Part shown: positions 13,347 through 25,600 of the stretch, one piece after another
Layout: each line of letters opens with the position of its first letter
Position numbering within the stretch: the first letter of the stretch is position 1
Assembly (NCBI GenBank): GCA_030141605.1
Contig: JAQGDQ010000953.1
Coordinates: forward strand, 12,876-76,875
Direction: 5' to 3'
Source of the DNA: Tubiluchus corallicola
Lineage: Eukaryota; Animalia; Priapulida
Length of the DNA: 64,000 nt
The notes under the pieces: generated by a model
The model's input: only the letters and a program-made list of their open reading frames with translations
What the model was told of the DNA's origin: nothing
Database searches by the model: none
Translations under genes and position numbers: made by a program

Positions 13347-13645
13347 CTAGTTTTCATCCTCTGAGCTCTCACCACGTGGAATATGGACCAAATTTTTGGC
13401 AGATATGGTCTCTAATTCTGGGCATCCAGCAGCTATAACTGACCACGGATCTCTAACACGTGTGCAGTCTAGTTGAAGAAGAGTTAGACGTGGAAGACAA
13501 AGATGGACCAGGCCTCGGTCATCTACCTTGGTTCTGCTGAGATTAAGCTTCGTCAGTGACTGGCAGTTGTTGACGTGTCTCTCCATTAAGAACTTCCTGT
13601 TTATTTTTGTACATGATAGGCTCAGTTCTGTTAGTCGGCTAAAAT
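13347..13645 (-). CDS. UBA-UBX-LRR gene exon 11 (LRRs, stop)
   Basis: LTELSLSCTKIN...LTKLNLSRTKVDD...LTLLQLDCTRV...ESSEDEN*. Confidence 0.92.
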
Positions 13646-16600
13646 CTGAAATTTATGGCAGAAAAAGATTCTTAGTATAGTTTTGAACCTTCAATTAGTA
13701 GGTTATGTTCCAGATATTTTTGGAGCAGCATTGCAGTTTGAAAATGTTACAAATACATCAAAGGTTCACACATGACTTTAGAACATAACAAGTAATTCAC
13801 TCGGTGGGTGTATGTTTTGTTAATATCATATTGGAAGAAGTAAATGCAATTATTGCTTCCAAAGTTTCGAGATGTTATAAGCAAGCATATAAGTAAACAT
13901 GCAAATATACTACAGCATAATAAAACTTATAATTACATTTAATTAAGTTTTCTTCATTTTATATTTGCTGTCCTTTGGTGATATTATTATTATGATTTCT
14001 TCCTAAAATTACTTTTCAGTCTTTATTAACATGTCCAAAATGAGCAATCTTACTTGCAAGCGTAGCACCACAGGTATTCGTAACAGCTGTCCTGTCCAAG
14101 TACAGCGTCTCCAAATTCACAAGGCCTCGTAGTGCACTCAATCCGACATTGGTAATCTTTGTGTTGCTAAGCAGCAACTTCTTCAAGGAGATCTTAAAAA
14201 AGTATGAAATTAAATTGTTCAGAACAAATACACTGCGGCCAAGAGTTAGCTAAAAACTCACGGAAGCAAGAAAACCACTATCTTGTTCACAAAGTTGTAG
14301 ACTTGCCATTTCACTATTGACAATATGGGTTTATTTCATTATCAACTAATTTGCTTTCAACCATTTTCATCCTGCTGCTGAATTATCCATGGCTGCCATC
14401 CAGGTATTTGGAGCATTGTCTACTTTAAATTGTTAAAAATTCAAATTTCTGGGAAATGACTTGTAAAATGCCATAGCTTACCTATGTAATTTCACTTTTA
14501 ACTGCAAAATTTTGCCTACAGCATCATTATGATATATTTGTGATCATTTTTTGTGTGTGTGTCAAGTTAAATTTATTTCCTCAGAGAAGAAACTTTAGTT
14601 AACCATTTGTAATGCTTTGTTGTTAATTGTGAGATTAATAAAGCATGTTTACACACAAAAAAATTCTGGGAATAAAAATTTCAGATAATCTTAAATGGGA
14701 AGCTAACATGCTCTGGTGTGTAAAAATATCTGCTAGGGTCTGTGCTTTTTAAATCATTTAACATTGCCCCTGCTATGTTTTTTATTGGGCAGTAATTGAG
14801 AGTGTCTTAACAACACCCCTCACTGTTTGGTATAGTGCTACCCCACAATGCTCTTGATCAGGTTGTTAAATCCATCTCAAAACTAATAGGAATTGAACAG
14901 CACCTATGGCACGTTTTTGCACGAAACGAAAGTCGCGAAGAGGTTATCATTAGTGACAAAAGTGATCTTGGTACATGTAATCAATTTTTTGAAATTCTCC
15001 TCTCTGGTCACAGATACCATTCACTTAATGGTAAAACCACTTTTAATTTTTTCTATCCAGTTGCAGCTTGCACTATCAACAGTAAATTTCTGTACGTAAT
15101 AACTGACTGAATTTATTTGTATTAATTTTCTTTTGTTGTAGTATGTAAAACTGGGCAAATTTCGTTATACAGTAATACAATAACAATAAATTGCTTACTT
15201 ACTGATTGACCAGGTGTTTAACATAAGAAAAATGGTTCTGAATGTAATGAATATTTCAGCTTTGGTGACTGACAAATATTTAGCAGACCAACAAGAGCTA
15301 CACAGAATAATCTTCACATATACATACACAAAAAAGATACAAAACAAAGTTAGAAATAAAAAGACAATACAAATTTATAAATAAGTGAAACCTTCCATCT
15401 AATTTTGTTTGAAGGTCTGCAAACACGTTTGGCTGGTAAACCTGGTAAATTTAAAAACAGTAGAGTGAGCTTGCAGAATTGTAGACTTAGAATGATGAAG
15501 TACAAATATACAACTTACCATTCCTGACAAATGGAATATCCCTTCATCAGTAATCTTAATATAGTTGGTGAGGTCCAGGGATGTTAAAGACATCTGACGG
15601 ATGTAATATAAACCAATATCTGTTGTTGTGTGGCGACTTGGTAATATTAAACTTTTCAAGTTCAGATTAGACAGATATTGCAAAGCATGATCTCCATTTA
15701 CGTTATCTACAAAACAAAAATAAACTGCAAACTTATCCACTTTAGAAAGATTTCATAATACACAGCAGCAAATAACCAATTAGGTACACTCATATGTAAT
15801 TTTTTTATACAAGCCACAACTAGCACTCGGAGATTTATTCAACAGGATGTTTGTGGCACGACCAGAACTTGGCTCTCTATCAAGGAAGTCTCTAAAATGT
15901 GCCATGAACCAGCACAGGTGGCTGTACACATTCTCCCTGTATGAAGTAAACAGCCAAAGTTTACGAATGATTATGCCCGGACTGAACTAGTATCGAACAC
16001 AATTCATTTGCATGCAAGCATGCATACCTATCCACTCAGACAGGAACCTCGCTAGATTTAATGACAGATTCTTTCTGTCAAATGTGGATTCCTGTTTCTT
16101 ATTAAATTCGGACTGTTTTGAAAAATCAAGCTGAAATGAATACTATGTTTTAAGCGAACAAATTCTCTTTTTCAATTTAGCCTATCTTATGAAAACATTT
16201 TATGCAAATAATGATCGCTATATGAGTTTAGGAAATATCACTTTTAATTCTTACCTGTATTGGCAACATTGACAACAGTTAAATTAGGGCATTGTGCCAG
16301 ACAGAGAAGTGTGTCTGTGATAATGTTGGTAGATGCGACATTGATGTTGTCCAGCTTTTTTATTTGCTGTACACCACTTAAGCCAGCAATCTAAAAACAC
16401 AACAAAACTATTATATATCTAGGAAAATTTCTGAACTCTTGTCTGTAGTACACTGGCATAAGTGTGTCATTGCATTGGCATCAGCATTGGAATTACATGG
16501 TCGATACACTCGCGCAGAACCATTTCCAGGCTGTTTTTTTTTGCAAAAAAATATGCATTTTTTAGTTATTTTTAGTCAAACGTAATATGAACAGACACAA

Positions 16601-19600
16601 AATTTTTGCTTCCTAACACTTTTTGTCAAAATATAGCAGAGTTTTCTTTGGTGTCAAGTTACTTTAAGAGCAAAAAAAAGAAATAGGAATTAAAGAAGCA
16701 TGAATATCAGGATGTTATATATTTAAGACACATTGCATCTGCAGCCTTAGTTTTATTTTTTAAAATCTTCGGAATATAATCTATTCGTTAAACAGAAACG
16801 GTGCATTTGAATATCAAAATGCAAGTTGTTACAAGCACTGATCAACGATAAAGTTTGGCAAACTGCATAACTACATTCGCACTGCAATTGTGTACCATTG
16901 TTGTGATGGTATATTTATGATGTAAAACACATTTTAGCACAGCACATGTTGGCAAATGGCAGCATCCATATAAGTAAAACATTTTCAAAACCAAAACAAC
17001 ACAGAAAGTGGCAATGCAATGAAATTGGCATTACAGTGTACAACAGGGTTAAGAACATATAGAAATTTAAGGGAATGCAATTTTCAATGTTTATGAGAGA
17101 TCTGACATGATTTCGCAGGTTGAAAAAATTAAAATACTGTTTACAAGCTGCTACATATCATATTGTTAAAATTGTTCCATGCAGCAATATGTTACTATGT
17201 ACTAAATATTTAATGCATGATGTATAGGATTTGAGTGTACTAGTAATAACATTTACTTAAGTGAAGTCGTTAAGTGTATGAAGTTAATATTTTTACTAAC
17301 ACTCTGTTAATCATTCTGCTCTTTCACCATGCAACATAACCACTACCCTTCATTTGTATATTAAAAAGATAATATAAGAAAACGATGTAACGATATGTAC
17401 CTGAGTATCCTCCAAGCTTAACTGTCGCAGGTTTTCAATTTCAGCTAGAAATGGTATCACAGTTTGATCTATGACTGTACGATTCAGTATCAAAATCTGT
17501 AGCAGAGGCGGACGGGCCTTACAATACTTGACAATACCATTATTTGAGACTTGCGTGCCTTCCACGTTTAGGCTAACCAGGCTGGGAAATTTGATTAGCA
17601 GTGTAAATGAACTGTCGAATATTTGTGTGCACCTAGAAAAATGAAATATAGAAACAATAAACAGGCTATAATATTGACAAGAAAATAAAACTCTGTATTT
17701 GTGCCTCAACAAGACAATATGATTGTAAATCCTCATTTTGAAAAATGGTGGTGGGCTACATCAAGGTGCTCAAGACTGGACAACAAATAAACTGCATAAA
17801 CAAAACACAATTGAAAATTTTGTTAATTTTATAGCTCTTACGCATGTTCCACTCCTCTGTGTAAAAATTTTGAAACTAGTTTTACGCCAATTAAGGTATG
17901 GTACACATGTGCCTATAATACAGTATTTAAAAATGGTGACTTAAAATGAAAAAAATCTGAATAAAAAATTATCTTATTACAATGGATGTCATTTATTAGA
18001 CTCACTGTTAATAGAATCAGTCACTTAATATACTCAAAGTGTTTTGGACCAGCCGCTCCTATTCAAATGTATATAAAAACTGTCAATAATTGACTCAAAT
18101 AACTCTGCATAACTGACTCGAAATTTTTGCTTTAGAGACACTTGTGTGTAGTCAAAGAGCTTTTACCACTTTTATGTCATCTTTACATCACTTTTGTGCA
18201 CTATAATACATGTAGAGAGAATCATGTCACGTAAAATTTTGTTTGTAAGCAGGTACGTTTATCATGCACTAATACGCTGTGTAGCGTTTTCGTTTTGAAT
18301 CTGTAACCCGCTGCAATGAACACAGTTGTCAAAGAATTCATACAAGCATAAACATCATAGAGCACAGAGTTAATTTTGACAAAATAACAGAACACTAATG
18401 TAAAAACCTAGCATGTAAAGCTTTTGCAGTTTTTGTAGTGTATACTAAGCTGAAGAGTGATGACTTGTACTTCTGTACTAGTAACACTACATCCGTTGGC
18501 TAATAGATTTAGTCAGTTAATTAGGTCAAAAAACACATCCCCCAAAGCAAACCTATTAAGCAGTGCCTATTGTAATTTTATTTAGGAATAGTAAAATTAG
18601 ATGTAAGTCATTAACCAGGAAAATCATAATGAAAAAACGGTTAATAAAACAATAAACATAAGATTGTAAGCAAGGACACTGCGATCACGTTCATTATTTT
18701 TCTTAAAAACAGTAATTTAAACCAAATAATTTTCTGTTAATATCAAGTCAAGATCAATATAGTTTGTACGCACCGTGCCAAGTTCAGATGGGCTAAATTC
18801 CTGAGAGAAGATAAATGTGAAAGACTGGCTTCAGTGATTAGAGGACTTGACGCTAGACTGATATGCACAAGATCACAGTGAAACCTCAATGTTTGCACAA
18901 GCTCATTCGTTGTGTACAGATAATTATCTAGAACAATTTTCTGTAAGTGGCAGGAGACAAATGGCAGCAGAGTCTTGGCTTTTAGCAACTTTGCTTTGAT
19001 CAAATGTTCCAGGATTTTTGTTGCGATGTGTGCAGGAAGTGCGAGAGAAGTTATGGAATTTGTGGGAGAGCATATCCTCTGTGACACGATTCTCACACAT
19101 AGCTCTGATAAAGATGGAACAGTATGAGTAGTCATGCAAACGTCCTCTTCAACAACGCCTGATGAGTGTGGTTGGTAATTTTCTGGTAGTGGTGCATTTT
19201 CCCACAGTCGTCTCTGCTGCTCTGCATGAATGCTAGAGTCATCAACTAACCTTTGACCTAAAAAAGAAATGTAAAAATTAGGCTCCAAATCAGAGTGTCA
19301 CAGTCTGTTATAATATTTCTCATTACTAGATGGCACTAGCTGCCTAGTCAGACTATATATCATATTCATAGCAAGTAGGACACACAGATGGTGACCTGTA
19401 AAAGAACACAACAGGGGTAAAAACGTTCTTCCTTGAGCCTGTAGTCTCTTCAAGTTGGTGGAACAAACTTTGAAGTGTCGTACTTTGGACTTCAGTCGCA
19501 GGACAGTTACCATTTTTTCTTAACATGACAGGCTGTACGGATTAGTACGGAAGTTTGTGGATCTTTTCTTTTTGGAGACTTATTGGAACACTGAAAGTTG

Positions 19601-22600
19601 CACTACTAAAGCTGGCCAGCTCGGTTTCCCTGGGAACACGAACACCACGCAGACCCGGTGAACAGAACCGCATTCCACATTGCTTAAAGGAGTAAGCTAC
19701 TCTACGGTGTGGGCAGTACGGTGTGAGGACACTAATATGATACACGTAAGCTCCCATTTTTCATAGCTGGGAATCAAAATTCCCCGAACCTGTAATTGTA
19801 ATGTTAAGCTGTTAAACATAATTTTTCAAACAGTAATCTTTTGGGTTATGTTACGCATCACACGTTATATATTATGCGCAATTCTTCCAGCTGATGCACC
19901 TCCAGATACCATCGAAAAGCCGCTGGGGCACCACGCTAGGGAAGGTAGGCAATCTGAAAATTCACATTCCTAAGAGAGGACCAGGTCGCCACACAGAATT
20001 TTGTCTACTTAAGGATGCTTCAATGAGCATGGTGAAAGCATCAGGAAAATCAGAGAGTTTAATGAGTTGAAGGCGACATTGCAGATATTAGCATAGAGGG
20101 CATTTATTTTTCTAATATTAGTTAGAGGAACTGTGAATAGTAATACAATACATCAACACACTGTGAAACAATGTAAAAATTTGATAAATGCACGAATAAA
20201 TTTTAATCAGATGATTATACTCTTCCAAGAAAGTGTTATAAAAGTGAACATAAGCTTGCAAAGAAAAGACAGCAAAATTTTTTATTCACCTTCACCCCAG
20301 TGATGCAGTGTTCCACGCAGCATGTCATCAGCCATTTGGTTGAAGAACTCTGGAGGCATGTGCTGATCTCGTTGTGGTGGACGTCTCTGTCCAAAGTGGA
20401 TTCCCGGGGCAATTCGCCCTGGATTCTCATGATCAGACTGTTCCCTAGACAGTGGTAATTCATGCATGCTAATCTGGCCAGATGGCGAACTTACAGATGA
20501 AGCGAGTGAATGAGAACTCGAGGATATTGATGAGTCAACTTCCACACCTGCCTTGGTGAGTTTCTCATTAGCATCTGTTTCAAAATAAACTACAGCTGCA
20601 AATTGATACTACGACTCTTTATAATGAAAACTTCACTAAGATTCTTTTCAAACACAAAAAAAATGATGTGCAACATCACTAAATACAGATTCTAAATTTT
20701 TATGATACAACTCCAAAACCAAATTACTAAAACTCTACCACTTTGTGTAAGAAGAATTAATACATGCGGCAAGCAAGCATAGTAAATGGCTTGAACCATG
20801 ACTCACTGAAACGGGAACATCATTGGAAAACAGCAACAGTCAAAGTTATAAAAGATGTAATGAAAAAACAGTTTAACAATTTCAAAAAACCACTCCAAAC
20901 AATAAATAAGAAAGGGCCAAGTATTTATTTTTTAGGCTACTTAAAGGAAAACCGGATGATCGTGTAAACATTAGTTCAAAATAAAGTATGCTCTAAAATA
21001 TTGAAAACTATAATAGCTCTTTTTAAATCAAAGCTCATGTTAAAAAATAATTACCTCAGATAGTTAAATTTTGTTAAACTTTCAAGGCTAGGCTCTATTC
21101 AGTGAATACCTTAAGACTGGCAATGGTGCCTTTTTGTCCAATTCGCATAACCAACAAATAGGTACAGTACCTTGGTAAGCAGGAACATAAACTGCATTGT
21201 TCATCTGTGATGTAAAGCTCATTTTCGTGACATCACATCAGCATCTTATAGCAACGTTCGCTTGGGCAAACGTGCTTGACGCGCAGTGAAGATGTCTACC
21301 ATTGCACAAATTGTGGTCACTTTGTGATGTAAGCGATAGTTGTGTTCTGTTAGCGTTAATTAACTTTCCAAGCTAATTATTCAAATATAAGACATAATTG
21401 TTAACTTTCATAGTCAAGAAAATGCATATTTTGGGCCGTAATTCAACATGATATTGAGTCTAATCAATCATTCAGTTTTCCTTTGGCACAATTTTAAAAA
21501 CTCACCAATACATGTTCATAATTGAAGGGTACCTTCAGAACGTTTCATTACTAGAGATCCAGATGGAGTCAAGTGAAGTTCTTCTAATGAACAGTGCTCA
21601 TCCGCACCTGAAAACTTTCTCTTTGGAAATGGCTGAATAAAAACCAAGTCTGATAAAGAGAACGTTGCACCTAAGTCCTCTTTCTCCACCATTTCTCGCA
21701 CTTGCTTGAGTGAAGCATCAGCCGGAAGTTTAAGGCGGACGACTTTTCCGCTAGGCAGACGAACCTAGAAACATCCAAAACAATGTGACTAAACTGATTA
21801 TATAAGAAAAATTTAAGAACAATTTGAAGATGCTATGCAACCAGTTAGCCACTAGTCCGTCTAGATAACAAAAGCCAAGTTAAGGTGCCAAATACAAAGA
21901 GGAAGAAGATTTTCAAAAATCACATGAATTCGACTTTTAAGCTTGCATGTCTTACAGTTTATCCTACTAGCAGTATAAAATCTTATTTGTTACAAATAAA
22001 AAAACATACATTCCCATCATTGGATCTTTAGTCCAAAAGCCGGAATTACACATACAAAAACAAATGTACACAGTAACACACAAACACAACATGCAATCAG
22101 ACAATAGCTATATAAAGATATGCACAGAAAATGTATATTAGTCTTAAAGACTGTTAATTAAAATACAATATAGAATAAAAAGTACAGAATTGAGATCAAC
22201 TTTCATGATAAAATAATTCAACACATTGTTGTAAGTTGATTTCAATACTATAAAAAGTTGCATATTGTCTAAAATTATTGCAATAATAATATAACAAAAA
22301 TTAAGTTGAGGAGTAGGCCTAAAAACATTTATGAAACTAAAAATATTGTCCATGCAGGTTTTTGGATTTAAAAATAATAAAAGACAACACGATAGCTAAT
22401 TTTGCAGTTTTCTGTTTGAAATATTTAACCTTCGTGTGGTTTGGGTGTGAAACTAGAAGATTATGGAAACTGTTTAATCTCTTTTCATCAGTTTTCAAAA
22501 TGAGCCCACGGCTTCCAATCTCGATTGCAGAATATTGCACTTTGAAACTGTTTTCTTCAACGTTTTCTATTGCAGTCATTAAAGAGTAATACAAAAGCTT

Positions 22601-25600
22601 AGTTACCTGTATATTAGCTACATTAGATGACTGCTGTTTTACTGGCTCATCTGCAACAATTGCAGTTTTGCTTTCTTTAATAGTAGTTTCTGAAGATGAT
22701 GATTCAGTTGAAAAACTCTACAAAAATGTAGATCTTATTATTTCACAAATATTATTAACATTTATGCAGTAGCGCCAATTGAAATTAAAGTTATAGAATA
22801 AGAAATGAGAAGCTAAAAAGGCCAATTTAAATTTCAACCAGCTTTTAGAGATACTACGGAACATCATTGTTACGGATGATCACGCTAAAATATGAGATGT
22901 ATAGTATTTGGTCAAATATTTTTCTTAAAAATGCTTACCACTTGTTAAGTATGTTACGTTAGGACAACAACAGAATGGTTAAGCTTCAAAAAAGAGCAAT
23001 TAGATAGTGGGACTTGCTCAATACATCAGTCATACCGAACTTCTTTTCTGTCAATTTAAAGTGTTGAAGCTTGAACATGTACTTGCTGTCACAAAATATA
23101 AATTTTATTTTCAATATTGTACACACTTATTACCTGCTTATTTCATGGTTTATGCATAATGCGAGGAACAGATTACCATAATTACCTTACAAGAGCTAGA
23201 AAAACTACAAGTCCACCTAACTTAAATTCATATTTTCAAACAGTATATTGTTGTATATCATTTTTTTAACTAATAATAGTCATTTAACTGAAATGGATCT
23301 CCCAGCCACATCTGTATAGAAGCTACAAGGCAATTACATGTGTTATGTTCTCAAATTGTGAGTATGGCTTGAATAAAAAACAAGTGTTAAAAAAGTTAAA
23401 GAATGCAACTATTATTAAGTAGGTGAATAATTTTTTAAATTGTTCGTTATGCAATCATCTTTACCAACTTTACAAATATATTTATAGATCAAAATAACAA
23501 AATCTGAAAATCTCTTGTGAGAAAAACATTTCGTTTCAACTGTTACTCAAGTTTTAACTTGACCAGACTCTAAAAGTCTATTTTCAATGTCTTTTGTTCA
23601 AAACAATGTAAAGCATTTAAAGAGCAAAAGTGAGCACTGTTGAAAAAATTATTATCAAAGTATAAGAACAAAACGTGCTTAGCTTCAGGTGCCAGACTGC
23701 ATAAATAAGCTACTGACTTAATAAGGTAAAGTGACTTTGTAAAAAAGTCTAAAAATGACTATATGTGCTATCCAGAATCAAACCTGTTTCGTAAATCTTT
23801 GTTTCTCCCTGTCTTCTTGAATCTGTTGCAAGACAGCAGTCCTGGCCACTTTTTCAGCAATCCTTTCTGCTTTTGCCTTTTTTTCTGCCTCTTTTCGTAA
23901 CTTTTTCTCATATTCATCTCTTATCCGCTGTTGCTCATCAGATGGCTGAATGTGACTGACTAATTCTAGTGGTTCAGACGGAATTTGCCCTCGATTAGAA
24001 TCCTGCAAAAACAATAGCTAAAGGTTTGCAATTTTGTTTGTTACTTTTAATGAGCCAAAATGAAGATAAGTACTTGATGCTGTGACGTTAAAAATAAATT
24101 ATGATCATATTATATCAAGTTGGTAAAAGAACTTTTTGGTATACTTTTGCAAACCTCTACATTCGCAGTGTGTGTAGTATGATAATTTTGGCCGCCTTCT
24201 TCTTCTTCTTCTGCCAGCAGGGTAGCAGATCAAAATTTAATGGACTGTATTATTGTATCATGAGTGTGCATGTATTGTGCACAATATAACAAAGAAAAAA
24301 ATGCATTACAGTGTTGTGTTTTGTTTCTCTCGGAAGGCTCGTAGAGAAAACCAGAAAACACTTCATCAAATTAAACCAGTTTATTATGCGAGAATTCTAC
24401 AACACAAAAGTATGAAGGAACGCGAAATGTTTACAGTAAACGTGAAAATCTGGAAACGTGCAAGCGTATCTGAGGATACAAGAGAATGTGAGAGAATCAG
24501 AGAATGTGCCAATCAACTTCAGCGGCCAGCTCCGCCTTATATATCAGTGCTAGTTCTAGAAACTTCTATAAAGTAAGATGATTGTTCTACTATACAATGG
24601 AATATTCTACAATATTCTATTTAATTCTAGTAGATGTCAGCGACCTCCACAACACCTCCGCACCGAAACTGATGCTGTCTCCAAAGCATCAGCAACAAAG
24701 TCTCTCTCTCGGCTTGGGTGTTCTCTTGGATCGTCTGGGGTTGTCCGGTCCACACTCTGGCACAGACGGCTTGGTCTCGGACATGGGCCGAGGTGCTCTG
24801 GTCTGCTTCAGAGTTTCTGGCGGTTCTTCCAGGATCTCCATTGGATGATCAGGTGGAAGCTCAGAAGTAAAGTCCGTCTCATCACCAGGTTCACAGTCCT
24901 CCGCAGAAGCGCGGACGTAGCTGTTCCCAGTGTCGTCTCCACACTGGACCATGAGGAAGGATCTAAACGCTTAACGTTGAAGCAGCGAGTACCCAGAGAC
25001 TTCTTGATGACCGCTGGTACCCATCGGGGATGTATGTCTCGACGAGGTCCATACTACAATGCATAAACAGGTTCTCCCGCCTTGTACTGCTTGCTGACCT
25101 TGGTGACACCTCCCAAGTCTGGAGTCGAGCGAGATGACTCCTTGGATTGCTTGCCCTGAGCGGTGTGCGCTGGCGAGAGTAGCAAGGAGTCGATCCTTGT
25201 CCGTATCGCAGCACACATATTTTGATAAAAAATATTTATCTGGAACACTACATATACTTCCTGGTGCACTTCAAATTTTTTCAAATTCAAATTCAGTTTA
25301 TTTCACCAGCAAACTACAATAATACAAATATACATGTATAACTTTTTGTATAATTTAAAGCAACAAAAAAATGAAAATAATTTCTGACTCCCTAGAAATA
25401 AAATATAAGGTGATGCAGTTTGCCAAATGGTAGCTAAAAAAGAGACCTTGTTATACCATCACGAAATGTGAAGTAAAGAATGGAGATGAGAAAAGAAGAG
25501 AATAAAGAAGAGCTAGCTGCAGTTAGTAGAAAGAAAGCAGAAGAAAAGAAGAAGTCAAAAGAAAACATAAAATAAGAAAACAATGACCATGTTCAGATTA

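Noticed and set aside
13347-19257. A separate F-box/LRR or NLR/TLR-type immune gene
   Set aside because: No F-box, NACHT, TIR or signal peptide seen; exon phases join it to the UBA-UBX exons, and the preceding motif fits a BC/Cul2 box better.
24578-25066. 162-aa plus-strand ORF
   Set aside because: Antisense shadow of the Gypsy integrase tail and LTR; no recognisable motif.
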